Source: Fimicolochytrium jonesii (Eukaryota). From it: a stretch of DNA of 64,000 nucleotides. Below the pieces are notes generated by a model. It did not search any database. It worked only from the letters and a program-made list of their open reading frames with translations, and was not told the DNA's origin. Made by a program: the position numbers and the translations under genes. Location: assembly GCF_025526975.1 (NCBI RefSeq), contig NW_026515690.1, positions 1 to 64,000 of the forward strand, written 5' to 3'. Positions 36,078-48,677 of this stretch are shown here, one piece after another. The first letter of the stretch is position 1; the number at the start of each line of letters is the position of its first letter.

Positions 36078-36395
36078 CTTGGTGCATGCGGGACTTTTTC
36101 TGAGAAGGAAGCGCCTTTGGCAGTGCAGAGAATGCAAGCTACTCAGCACTCCTTCCCCAAGACCCACAGCCATTCTTGAGCTTGAAATTGCGTTGGGAAT
36201 GCCTCACCATGGTGAAAGGAATGGTGGTAAGGCAAGCACCGCAGCGTCCGAGAGAGCGTCCGAGAGCGTGCGAAGCATTCCATCACGTGACTCAAACAAG
36301 TCTGATGACTTTCCAGCCGCGCCCTGTTTCTCGATATTTCTTTCGTGCTGCGTACTGCCAAAAAAATCCCACCGTCAAGAAACCACCGTCACCCG

Positions 36396-37697
36396 ATGTC
36401 TCACCTCGTCTCTCAGGGACAGCCGCTTAGGGTGGCTTGGTCGGGTCCGGTTGCGACGCTTCCGCTGGAATTGCAGTCGGTCAGCCAGTGGACCAGCCTC
36501 TACAGCAACGCCCTTCACCACAATTGCTTTGGCGACGCTCCAATTGCACAGTGTGTCCCACAGGAGCACGTACCGTCTCCCCAAGGTATAGCTTCGTAAT
36601 ATACTTGGCTGTTTGAACTTTGGGAATTCATTGCTTCCTGCAACAGAAATTTCCTCCAGCAACCCAGTGTTTTTTCAATTGGACGTTGACGCGTCCGAGA
36701 CTGGGAGCACGACGATCTCGATAGTCCGTACACCGCAAGTATATCTGCCGCAAAGAAGAGCGCCGCTGCCAGCTTTTACGAGCAGCTCCATACCGTCTTG
36801 CTGCGAGGGAGTCAGACCTCGCTCACAAGCACTGGCAGCGCGCGTTCTGATGTCTCTCACACAACGGAAGAGGTTAAGGCGGAAAACGCCTCCGAGACGC
36901 TGCTCAAACTGTTGATTGCTTTGTTCGTGCACGAAGAAAAGCAGGATTCGATCGATGGGCGCTTAGTCTTCAAGCTGCGGTAATTCGCCGTTGCCGTCGA
37001 TTGGCTTTGCCTGGCTGCTCAGGAAGCTCACCGATTTCTTTTCCAGGGACGATCGACTGAGCGGAAACGTCTCTTTTTCCGGAAGGTCAGCTGCAGTGAT
37101 CAACAACGGATACATCAATCTTCGGCGGCAGCGACATACTCGGAAATTCTACGATGTCGGGGGCCTGATCGTTGCCTTTCTTGAGGTTCGTACTTACTGC
37201 TGTAAGCGTCGTGCGCGGCTGTTGGTAAATGTCCAGCGGCGGTTCATCAGGCCAAGCGTCTGGAGCATAGGATGACGGAAGAACGGTTGTTTGCCCAACT
37301 TACTGGAGAAAGTCTGTGGACGGCGCAGGAAAACTTTACTGGGAATCGAAATCGAGGCGACCAGGAGGTATAATTATATTCAGATAAATAAACTCATTTT
37401 TGAAGTTTTCATTGACGAAACATTTGTTCGAAGGTTTTCGGCCTCGGAATTCACCACCGACACGCCCACATTACCCACGCTTTCTACCCGGCGCAATATC
37501 TGGAGAACGTACTAAATAACCAACCGTTGGGAGCACAGCAGGTCGAACTCAGGAAGAGTATCGGCTTCGACCTGGCAATTCCCCGCGAGCGACTTGAATA
37601 TGTCCGTCAAGTTATCGGCATTCTCCGTTATGTTGGCAGTGGGCTTTCCTTTGTTGGAAAGATGAGGAACGACTCTCTGGTTGAGCATCTGATTTGA
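36396..37697 (+). pseudogene. Five-exon PD-(D/E)xK restriction-endonuclease-fold protein, apparently frameshifted near 36698
   Basis: Spliced translation ...AAVINNGYINL...LIVAFLE|AKRLEHRMTEERLFAQLTGESL..AQ.N....DQE|VFGLGIHH...FYPAQYL...SIGFDL....R..Y...IGILRY. It contains E-x-K followed by the AQ..GE helix. Introns include 36586-36646 and 37186-37250. Confidence 0.6.
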
Positions 37698-37705
37698 ACC
37701 AGTTA

Positions 37706-37904
37706 CAGTAGGATGCCAAAACGGACGTTACGACGGGCGCGTCGAAATTGACGGCATTTGGGCTACTACCTAGGTTAGTAGTCGCGGCTGGCCGGCCCCC
37801 GGTCAACCACGCAATGGCTAGACGGCAGCCGGTGACTTCTGCTGGCCACAAAGATTTATTGACCGCGTCCATGCCGTCGTAACGTCCGTTTTGGCATCCT
37901 ACTG
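37706..37904. mobile_element. 199-bp MITE with perfect 31-bp TIRs and flanking TA dinucleotides
   Basis: TA|CAGTAGGATGCCAAAACGGACGTTACGACGG (37706-37736) ... CCGTCGTAACGTCCGTTTTGGCATCCTACTG|TA (37874-37904); no coding capacity. Confidence 0.93.
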
Positions 37905-38489
37905 TACTTTATCGTCGCATAGCTTGTCATTGCATGTATAGCAGCGCCAGTTCGCCCAGGCGTATGAAGTGCATCAAAACCTATTCCTGCATCTTAAAGC
38001 TCTTATATGGCTTTTACGGTCTGCGTCGGCGGATTGCATTATTAAATGATTCGGCTCGATCTCAACAGGCGGTCATCAGAGAAGCGCTTCCCCCTGGACG
38101 CAGGTAAAAATCTCTGTGGCTCTCACGATAAACTGGCGGCGTAGCCGGACAGTGCTGCCACGCGGTGGCATCGTCGGTTCATTGAATGGATTAAGTCGAT
38201 GGTTGCAAGGATTTTAACTGCGTCCAGGGAGAAGCAGTGGATGATGTGGATGAGGGAGTTATGGAATTTGTCAAGGTAGCGTGCCTTGAGGAGTTTGCCG
38301 GCGTCGGAGGTGTCGGGTCCCCAGAGCTTTGACGAGTGTTATCTGGTGACGCCTGGGACGCTTTCTCGCGGTGCAGGGCAGGGTGCAGGGATTGAGAGCT
38401 GGATTGAGAGGATTGTGGGGATGTGGCAGTGTTGGGCGGTATCACAGTGCACCCCCCTCGAAGCCAGACGACACTTCGTGTGATGTAAC

Positions 38490-39150
38490 CCGGATGCTCT
38501 TTGATACCCCCAGTTCTTGTTCGTACCACGGGGTACTGAACGAAGTCCCGCAACAAGCCGTCAATCTTGACATCCTCAAACAGTACCACATCGCGGCCAT
38601 CAAGCCCCAGATAGATCTCAAGTTTGACAAGAGTGCCAACCTTCCTTACACTCGGGTGAGCGGTACACCCGATCTCAGTGTTTACGAGAGGAGGCTAACT
38701 TTTTGCTCCTTCCACCGTCTTCTCAAGGACAGGTGACGCAAGAAATCTCGATGCCACGAGGATCCGAAGCAGGATCCGAAGCAACTATTATAAGTGTCTA
38801 TGTACTGTAGACTAATCACGGGGAACCGTGAGAATTTCGAAATATTTGTATGCATGTGCCTACAGGGAGGCCGTGTATGCTGGCCATCATTCTGGTCTAC
38901 TGTAAGGGAGGATACGCCTATGCCATCGATACCGATGAGAAAGTGTGGAGAGAACCGCGGCTGGCGTCTGTGCGAGGGCGATCTTACTTTCGCGAAGACG
39001 GCTACAATCGGCACATTCGCAGATGAGGCGACCTTCCGCAGCGTACGTGGTGGTCTCCCAGAATATGATGAGTTTCCTCGGATTTCTGCAACAATGTTTC
39101 CCGCAACCAAACTCTTCCCTATTCGGGCGAGATTCGTTGCCGCATAAGTT
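38490..39150 (+). pseudogene. Possible decayed multi-exon gene fragment
   Basis: Coding-like segments separated by GTGAGC...GCTAAC...CAG and GTATGC...CAG intron-like signals; no continuous frame recoverable. Confidence 0.25.
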
Positions 39151-39452
39151 TCCTGCTCTAATTCCTAGCCTGCTTGTGGGTTTCGCCGGCCGCCATCTTC
39201 CGCGCCGTCGTTACTGAAACCGCTCAGAATCAAATTCGCGTCCTGTCCTTCTGACTGTGCTTGGAAGCCCTTCATACGTTCATCGCCTGGTGAACTACCT
39301 CTGGGTTGGCGTCGCAGGGCCACACCAACTCGTCGTGGCGAGCGTCCGGTGGTCGGTTGAGCGAGAATGACGGCTACGAAGTTGGTCCCGAGTGGCGAAA
39401 CTGTCGTCCACAAATCTTGATTCTGCGACTAACGCGCTGCGGTAAAGTGACC

Positions 39453-42362
39453 TCACAGTAGAATTGCAGCTCCCTCGATTGCTCGTGCATCTCCCATGAA
39501 GGAGTCCCTCTGCTCTGTCATAAACTCCTGGGTAGTGCTCAAAACTGAGGCCGCCAGCTGCCTCGTTTCAGCTTTCGGTTCCGTTGCTAGGATATCTGGG
39601 GGGGACATTTAGCTCTAATCTCGAAAACACCTGCCACGAAAGCAGCACGAGGCGAGACATACCTAACAACCACCGCTGAACTTGCATGATTTCGGAAACG
39701 ACGCCTTCGGTGCCATATCCGGCTCCTTCCCCGGCGTTCCCAAACTCGTCTCGAATCAAGAACGAAGGCAGGCTCACAAACAGCACCGACACGCCAAACA
39801 GGATTGCTTGGTGCAAACTGTCCGTGTTTCGCTTGGTATTCGCGAACTGATGTTGTTGCCCCGCTGCTGCTGCTATTTGCAACGGCGCATCAAGCAGCCT
39901 CAATGGCCAGAGGAAATTGAAAAACTGACGGGCTAAAGATCGCGAGTCGATGCTGTTGGCAGCGCTGTGCAGGATAATGCCTGCAGTGGTGATAAGCCTT
40001 GCGAGGAGTAAGCGGCCATGCGCGCCGCCGAATATGACGGCGGTACGAGTCGAGGAGTCGAATTTGCCTATCAGCGGGGAAAGGAAGTGAGCTGCGTGTG
40101 GTGCGAATGCGTTTTGCTTGGCGTGTGCCTTGGCTGTACGCGGGGCGGATCTCCGCGTGACGGTCCCGACTGTGGTCGATGGTTGGATCGGAAGCTCGTG
40201 TGTGCTGGCAGCCGGTAACATAGAAGCCGTGCCGCTGAAAGTAGAGAGTCCAACAGTTCCGAGCCCACTTAGCCGCATTGCGCCCATACAAATGCTGTTG
40301 AGTATGTCCATGCGATGTCTGAAACCGGTTGATTTCTCGTAGAACTTATCGATCAGATACGCCGCGCAAACTCTCGGTTGCCGGGAAATCAATGCAGCGA
40401 TTGCAGCAATCTGAGTTTTCTCAAAATCCTTCGTATCGTAGTTATTTTGCAGGAAGAGCAGGCACGATAGTAAATCGATAGCGATCTCGTCAATTGCAGA
40501 TTGGTGCGAGGTAGTGATGAGCGATTCAGCAGTGGCAAGGGACATCTCGAGTTTGTCGGGGTCCTCGTGGGAACGAAGACCCGCGAGGCATTCATGGATG
40601 TAAGCGGGCGGCCGAGCCTTTGGAGGATGGTCCGGATGGCGATTTGGGTCTGTTTCCTCCAGATTCAGCGGTACAAGGTCGTCGTCATCGTCTGAATCGC
40701 CAGATCCGGCGTCGGAGCTGTCGCCTGAGAGCTCAGTTATCCGTTCTTCCATAGACATCGACCGCAACGCTTCAATATTCGAAACGCCCGCGTTTTCAGT
40801 GCCGTGCACATCTTCAGCCTTCATTTCACCCTCTCCTCCGTCGACGAGTCCTCTCAGGAACCGGACCTCATCATCCACTTCCAGTTCAAAATCCAGTTTC
40901 GCCGAGCTACCCATCTTCTTTGAGAACTGCTCCGCCGTGATCATGCCCAAACATCGCACCCTTGGGTCCGTGCTCTCCAAATAGATTTGCATCCCCGGCA
41001 AGAACAGAGATACTAGATCCTGCTCGCTGATGTCATCCGCGGTTAATATGCCAAGGCACATGAGAATCACAGATGTGAGGCCTTTGTGCTGCTCGTAAGT
41101 GGCGTATTTGATGTAGGTTGGGTCTACCCACGTTTCAATCAACCAGCGGGAGGCGACCGGGACGGAAAGTGATGATGGGACGTGAAAACGTGCAATCATT
41201 CTGACTAGTATCCGAGAAACAGATATATCATAGTGCGAGTCGAGTAGGAGTTTGCGAAAGATTGCGAGGAAATGATCATTTTGCTCAATCGTTGCCTGTC
41301 CGATCCAGTCCAGTAACACTTTGCTTGCCTTTTCGCTGTTGCTTTTCAGTAGATTCCGCTCTGAAAGCCGTTGCAGACCCGCAATGAGGAGGTGTTCGCT
41401 TTCTGAATGAGAAAGTTGTGCGAACATGCGGTTCCATGCACGGCGCTCGGCGGGTTTTGCCAGCATTGGGATGATGGCCGGTAGCCAAATCTCGACTAGT
41501 GTTGCGGAGTACCCCAACCGGACCATCTTCGCTATCAGCAGTGCGAGGTACGATACGGTGCGCTCAAAATGTTCTGCATCCAGTTTCGCACACGCCGAGA
41601 AAGCAGCGATGAGATCTTTTCCCAAGCGGCCCATTAGTCGGCTGAGATTCGACATGTGAAGTGATATGTATTAAGCTTCCAGACATGCGAATCGGAGAGA
41701 AACATTGCTAAATGACATCTAACATACGTTCCAACGAAGAAATCCGGCGTTTTCTGGCCAAGGGCATTAGCCATCCTATCCGGTAAGAAACACACCGTCG
41801 CAACATATTGCTGCCAGTCTGCGCTCTGCGCTGCGGCGCTAGCCGGTCCCGTTGCCGTACATCGACCACAGATATTGAAGCAAAAATCCCAGACGGCCAC
41901 GGCGGTCAGAAGCTTTTGTAACAGCCCCGTGGCCGTTTTCAGCACGTTTGTGTGCTCTTTCCAAGAGACCGCATCCGAAAGGAAACAGAGCGACGATAGG
42001 ATAATCACTCTCACATCCGGATTCTGCAGTTGCTGTCCCGGGACAAAGTATGCGTCGAACAAGTCCTTCCTCTCACTCTTCGAAATTCGTCCCAAGAAAT
42101 TCGGCGCAACGATCTTGAGGAGGAACTCATAGTGCTCGTTCAACAATTTCGTCACAAATATCTTTCGGTACTCCGGCAGCTCATCTTCACTGATACCACT
42201 GAGAAAACGGAATGTGTTGGGGCTACCCACTTCGCGTGGGAGGAGGAAAAGAGTGAAAGGTTCTTTGAGCGCCGATTTGACTTCTTCAGTGCTGTCGCTT
42301 CCTTGAACGAAAGAGTGTAGGGCCTCCAGTTGGCCCTTGAGCTTGCTCTTTATGCTTGCCAT
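39453..42362 (-). CDS. TEL2: Telomere length regulation protein Tel2 (TTT complex; 3 exons)
   Basis: YLES.DPRVRCLGMITAE; acidic DSDDDD.LVP (PIH1-binding DSDD-type motif); P.YIHECL.GL; E.A.DL...LL.LQNNY...FE; R.DIL. Confidence 0.9.
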
Positions 42363-42594
42363 TCCTGTTTCTAAGGAAGGCTCCTTTGTGCCTTTGGGAT
42401 TACCGCCGAGGTCATTGTCATTATGGACGCGACAAGGGTGGACCCGACTTGGACCGAGAGTTGGACCGACAGTCCCCCTTTTTACACTACATTTTGAGGC
42501 CCAGCGCGGACGTTTCGTCATGATTCATTCAGCACTACGGTACATAGATGCAGCAGCCGTACTATAAATATGCCTTTCGAAATACTATAAAAGC

Positions 42595-43209
42595 CTAATT
42601 CGACTTCTTCGTTGCGCGCTGCCCTGTTGAGTCTGTGTCAGCCCTGGCTCTCTTCAAGGACGACGATGACGATGAAGATGCCCCAGCTCCTGAAGATGAG
42701 CCCTTAGACGGGCTACCCGTATTCGCGCCCGACTTCGACAGTGGTTTGCCAGATCTCAGACCAAGCACCATATCCTCGCCACCTCCCGACTCCTGGGCCT
42801 CTTCTAGCAGTTCCTGCACTTCTCCCGCAATCTCATCTGCATCCAACTCTTCCTTATCTCCTTCCTCGTCATCACCATCCTCCTGCTGCTCGTCTTCATT
42901 CTTGTTGATGTTGGTAAAAGCCGCCTGCTTCCCGTTGGCTACAGCAGAACCAGAAGCCGTGCGCGGCGGCGCATCTTCGCCATCCTCGGAATCGTACACA
43001 ATGTTATCGTCGGAATCCTCGCCTTCGTCATCATCTGATGCGTAGTCGTCATCTTCCTCATCGTCGTCGTCGCCAAAATCACCGTATAGCAGGGCAAGCG
43101 TATTGTCCTGATCTTCGTCAGGGTCTTCCACACTAGGCGCCTCGGCTATCCTTTTGCCTTTGTCCGCTTTACCCTCAGGGCTGGGGGGTGATACGGATTT
43201 GGAGGACAT
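42595..43209 (-). CDS. Acidic, disordered hypothetical protein (204 aa), probably nuclear
   Basis: Intronless ORF with D/E tracts, one short helix (DEIAGEVQELLEEA), an LRSGK motif and a bipartite-NLS-like end KRAR...TKK. Confidence 0.7.
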   Translation of the reverse strand: MSSKSVSPPSPEGKADKGKRIAEAPSVEDPDEDQDNTLALLYGDFGDDDDEEDDDYASDDDEGEDSDDNIVYDSEDGEDAPPRTASGSAVANGKQAAFTNINKNEDEQQEDGDDEEGDKEELDADEIAGEVQELLEEAQESGGGEDMVLGLRSGKPLSKSGANTGSPSKGSSSGAGASSSSSSSLKRARADTDSTGQRATKKSN

Positions 43210-43843
43210 GCTTTCTGATAACTTTCGTGCTTCGAGGAAGCCGTGTGCGTTGTTGTGCTCGGGTCGGCCACAAATCTAGGGCACGCTGCAAGAATCTGGA
43301 CCAGAACTGATCGCACTTGTCAGGCTCTGAGTGCGGAGAGGACTTTGAGATACGTTTATAGTCGTTGGGTGGCCGCTGTCCGAGGCTGCTGTGGGTTCTC
43401 AAATCTGGTCGCGGTTCCCCAATACAGATGGCCAGATCATCTGATCAGTGCGCAACTTGCCGTGGTCTCTCAGCGAGTTCTTGGAGTTCTGTTGCGCGAA
43501 CAGGCGAACGCGTTACACGCTCTGACGCTCCGCAAGGTGTCAAAAAGTGTGGAGAGCCGCCGCTCAACATCTTTGAAAGGTTTCGATTTCAAACACAAGG
43601 TTTGGTTTTTTTATAAGTTGCGAGAATACATTCAATCAGGGGAGTTGATCGAAGAATAGACGAATCTCCGAATATGCTTTGAGAGCGTCAAACTGGAAAG
43701 TGACTGTAAGAATCGATTGACGGGTGTCGAGGCATGTTAACGAACTTGCACGAGAAAGACTGATCTGTGCTTTCAATGATCAAAAGCCCTGAGGCCATTC
43801 TGGACGAGCCATTTGGACCGATAACGAAGACGTTCAAGCCGGG

Positions 43844-44707
43844 ATGCCGGATTTAAAGTCAAACCGTGAGTGCAGCAGATGTTGAGCGGACGGCGAGAGT
43901 TGGAAATATGGGCCGACCTAGTGTGTTGCAAAGTAGAGGGTGATCACTAACGTTAGACGCACATCTGCAGCCACCGCAATCAAAATCGGGGATGTGGACT
44001 ACAGACTTGATTTTTCCCGCTTTCCATACTTCCAAGCGTTCGCCAGGTTCCAAAGCCAGGCTCAACCCGGTGCGGAGCTCGTGCACCCACCAATCCCCTT
44101 CTTCGATGTGGCTTTGAGAGGCATGCAGGACGGCTATCGACATTGCTTTCGCGCTATGCCTGTCGACTGTGAGCAGTTGCAACTTCTATGCCAGACGCTC
44201 AGCGTTTTGGGGGTATTTTCGAACGACCATGGGCTCGACATTGTGGAGGAGTTGAACACAGGCATCCTGGACTATGTGCTCAGAATTTGCGACAAGTCGA
44301 TGGCACGAGATGCGGCCTTCAAGCTCTTTTATCACCTGCTCTTGGGGGATTTCTCGGAAGAGAGCAAGGTCAAAGACAAAGTCTGCAACGCTGTATCCAT
44401 CGTCATCAAGTACCAACCTGAGGTGTTCAGCATGAAGGCCAAAAGAATGGTATGCGCGGCATATGAGCGGCGATATGTGCGCACAATCACCGAGCGTGCA
44501 GCTCTATACGAATGGGAGAAAGATGGGAATCAGTCCTCCTCCTTGGATAAAGATGAGGTGACGACAGACGAGGAAGAGATTCCATCTCTTCCGACGAAGA
44601 ATAAATGGCAGACAAAGAGGAGGAGGAATAGTCCCAATCCTGAAAACAAGAAAAAACTGAGGAATAACAGAGGAGAAGGCGCGCTCGTTCCCAAAAAGGA
44701 GCCATGA
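43844..44707 (+). CDS. Conserved fungal hypothetical protein (start and first exon uncertain)
   Basis: Globular ORF 43940-44707 (PYF.AF.RFQ...LVH.PIPFFDVAL.G...GYRHCFR; ARDAAFKL.Y..LLG.F). A candidate upstream exon starts at ATG 43844, with a GTGAGT donor and CTAAC branch point. Confidence 0.6.
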
Positions 44708-44928
44708 CGGGGAGAAGAGATGAGCTCTATGGGGAAAGGATCAAGGAGTAGGAATGAAGGAATGTTCTCTGGCATCCTGGGCGCAGGCGTATCGAATTCG
44801 CCATGTTCCTGTGCTACGTCACACTAGATAGCTAGTCTTGTGCAGATTATTTCATCCACCTACTAGAATGGCAGAACCAGTCGAAGATCCTACCTTCTCC
44901 TTCTGACCTTTATCTCGGTGTAACTGCC

Positions 44929-47900
44929 ATGCCATTACAAAAGCAGAATCGTCGCCGTGGCAGAAGTACCTGAATTTGAGCACAAGTCATATCTTCTGCT
45001 GAAGCGATGCGCCTTGGTCACTTGGACTTGTGTTGGCGGGATCGGGATGTCCTGTCGTAATGAACGCTTGAACTAACAGTGAAGATTTTGACACTTGGAG
45101 GGTGACACGTCACCATGGTCTCGGACTGAGCGTTTTTGCCCTTGGCCCTTGGCCTTGACGAATTTCGTCCCTTCCATTGAAAGGCGACAGAGTGAAGATC
45201 ACAGGGCTTGCTATTCCAACCACGAAGCTTCGGTACGTTCGAAAGGCCGCAAGGATCGAGTGCACGAGCTCGCATAGCGACGGTAAAACATGGTCGCCGC
45301 CATGTCAACAAGCGAGGTACCAAGACGGACGCTCAGAAGTTCGTTGTGCCCTCATATCCGACTCGAACTTATGGAACTTTTCTTTTGCAGCAGTCGGTTT
45401 CTGTCGGCGAAAATATACCCGGAAGCGTGTCTATTGTCTGTGTCGGCCAGCTTGCAAACCGAACCTTCGAGTTCATTGACCGGCTGGCACCGACGGTGAA
45501 GGCCACGCCACATACTTCCTCCTGTAAGTGAAGATCATAACTCTGTTGGACTCGCAGGATGAATTTCCTTAACCTAAACATTTGCAATAGTGCGCACGAG
45601 ACCAAGAGTAGAGCTCGAGTTGCCGCAGCGTCAGGGCCACGTGCAGCTACACTTTATAAACGACGCAGATATCAGACATAATGGGGACAGCCCTGCTTTT
45701 GTGGAAGACTGGCCGGATATGGACGGTCGAATACTATGTTACGATGTTTCGAATCGGTCGTCGTTTTTGGACATGCTGGATCTGCTAGGTGAGACATGGA
45801 GAACTGTTTCGAATTCTCCTGTGCATTTGCGAAGGAATACTCACGTCCATTCGTTACCCTCGCAGCTGGTGACGATCAAACTCCTGCGGCTTTGGTTGGA
45901 TGGGACTTTGAACGGCAACCACGTCAAGTGGAGCGAGAACTTGGGATCAAGCTGGCAAATGTCTTCCAATGCCTTTTCATCGAAAGAACGTGGAGGGAGG
46001 TCACAGCGGAGGATTTCATGTTCATCTTCAATCACTTGCGCAAGAGCTCTGCGAAGCAAGGTAGGACGTATTGAGTTACGAAGTTCTCACCATTTCTAGA
46101 GAGTGCGTCTAGATGCTGACATAACGGACAATGCTAGGTCCAAAAGATGATTCTGCGCCTGGGGAGCCCATCTATATGCACCTGAAGTCACAGCTTGCGC
46201 AAATGCGAGGGTCATCAACGTCGCTGCCTCTGAAAGTAGCTCAGGACTTTGGCGCGGCATCGGGCGAGTTCGGAGTATACCCAATGCCGCGACTGCAGAT
46301 GCAGGAAGCGGAAGATAGCTCGCTCCTGAATGAGAATGGCGAAGACTCCAACAAAGGTGAGATGCGCTTTCAATTGTTCGTTTTCCGCTGGCGGTCTCTG
46401 ACACGAAACGTCACCCGTAGAAACTATATCGCCCTCAGCGTCAAGCGAATCGATTGCTACCCGTGAGAATGCCGGGCATACCACGGAAAACTCTACATAC
46501 CATTCGGTTTCAGAATCGGACGCGGAAGAGCGTAGGGAGTCCAGTACGCGGGACATACTGGATTTGCCGAGCGACAGCAGAGCGAGTGGAGCTCTTGGCG
46601 AGTCATTTGACGTATATAGTCCAGTGGATTGGCAAGCATTACGGTCTCCATCAGATGATGGTCAAGCAAGGTAAGTCTCTCATCACTTGTTAGTCAGGTT
46701 TCATCTAGAGTGGAGACTCACTATTGCTCTCTCTGTAGCGTAATCTCCAATGCGTCAACATCTAATGAACGCTTAGGTTTCACCATGGATGAGTTGATCG
46801 AGAGACTGGCGTCACCAACCGCACACGATATGGAGTTCACCAAGGTGTTTCTGATGCTGTACCGGAAGTTCCTAAGGCCCAGTGAGCTTCTTGACAGGCT
46901 TATGGATCGGTTTGATGCTTATGAGAACAAAGATACGGATGGGAATGCGAGAGGAGCGCCTATCAATGCAGTCCAATTACGGTACGCAAACTGGGGCTCC
47001 ATATCCGCTCACCTCGAGAAAGCCCAAAACTGAGGACCTTCTGATTGCAGCGTTTGTAATATCCTTGTTCACTGGTGCGCGGAGTATTGGTGCGACTTTC
47101 ATTCCGATATCATGCGCTTCACAATGCACGTGTTTCTTGAGATATGCTCCACCCGACCAGCTTATGCTGCAATCTGTCAGAAGCTGGGGAGCCTTGTGTT
47201 TCGAGACCCGCCCTCCGAAGCAGAAATGGAAGCACTGGATTGGGGACTACCCGACTTCAGCGATGACGAGGTTGACGAAAACAGCTCGGTCGCGCCTGCT
47301 TCGCTATCCGCAAATGATGTATCAGAGTTGAGAAATCAGAATCGAGACTCTACGCAGACGCAACTTTCGGATAGTGGGACGGATTACGGGCAAAGCAGTT
47401 CCTCGAATATCACAAGACGAGCCACATTTGGCAATGGAGGGGCTGGCCCTGACATTGCGCCTGCTGCAGATGGAGGAGCCGCCGGCGGCTTCGCTTCGGG
47501 CAGGACGGTCGATCGCCATTCTGCTGCATCCAATCACTCTGGAACATCTGATGGTTCGAGCGGATCGAGGAGGCGTGTGCATTCAGACCCACGGTTGGCA
47601 GATCCAAGGGGGATGCCGAGCACCACTACATCCAGCATGACGTTCCTGGAGCTGGATAATGAAGCCATCGCTCAGCAGCTGAACGTGTTGGAGAGTGAGA
47701 TCTTCAGGAGGATCAAGGTGAGTCGCCGGACTCCCTTGTTCATTTGACTGGCTTGGTTACACTTTCTAGGAGATACTGATGTAGTTTTGTATCCCGCAGC
47801 CACGAGACCTTCTCCAACATATCTGGAGTCGAAGGTATAAAGGACGACACGCTCCCTCTGTCGCGGCCAGCATTGGGCATTTCAATTTTATCTCCTCATG

Positions 47901-48677
47901 GTTTGTGTCTCCTGTCGGCTGTACGCAATCCTGCTCAGAAAGGCCGTCTCACACTTCGCGTTTTAGGGTGACAACGCGAATCCTCTCCCAACGAAAGCTG
48001 AAAATCCGAGCGCAGGTTCTTGGCAAGTTCATGAAGATCGCGCAGGTGAATATACACCGTCTGCTTATGCAGCCATCTCAGTCTGGTCCCAGCAAAAAGG
48101 TCTAACCCGTCTTTTGAACTCGTTAGGCTCTCCGAAATAGTAACAACTACAACACGCTGATGGCTGTCTTGGCTGGCATCAACAGTGGTGCTATCCTCCG
48201 ACTGGTGCACACGCGTAAGCTCCTGAAAGGCCGCCAATCATATCGCAACTATCAAGCGTTGGAGAAGCTGATGAGCTCGGAGCACGCGTTTGCTGCATAC
48301 CGACAAGCGTTGAAGTATAGCGAGCTCCCGTGCATTCCATACCTGTAAGTCGCACGTTCGCTGAAATCTTGTCGTGCGATGACTCATGACTCATTTCACG
48401 TCACAGAGGCGTCTTCCTTCGCGATATGCTCTACATCGACGAAAGCAAAGACAAGCGCGCCGACGGAACAATCAACCTTCCCAAGTTCCTCCACATGGGC
48501 GACGTCATCCTCATGATCCAGAACTACCAGTCGAGAACCTACCACGTCCCACCGGATCCGTACATCACAACTCTGATCTTGAGTCAGCCTGTCATGACGG
48601 AAGAGCTGGCGTATGAACGGTCGTTCGAATTGGAGCCGAGAGTGAGCTCGTCCTCGCCCAAACGATCGTCCAAGTGA
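44929..48677 (+). CDS. Ras guanine-nucleotide exchange factor (REM plus CDC25 domain) with a degenerate Ras-like domain at the N-terminus (multi-exon; start uncertain)
   Basis: REM: T.DELIERL...FTKVFLMLYRKF..P.ELL..L..RF. CDC25: IAQQL..LE..IF..I.P, FN..S.WV...IL, NNYNTLMAVLAGINS..I.RL..T, PCIPYLGVFLRD. Confidence 0.88.

Noticed and set aside
37706..37904. Fanzor 'ghost' locus encoding an omegaRNA
   Set aside because: No associated Fanzor ORF and no recognisable scaffold; a plain MITE explains the structure.
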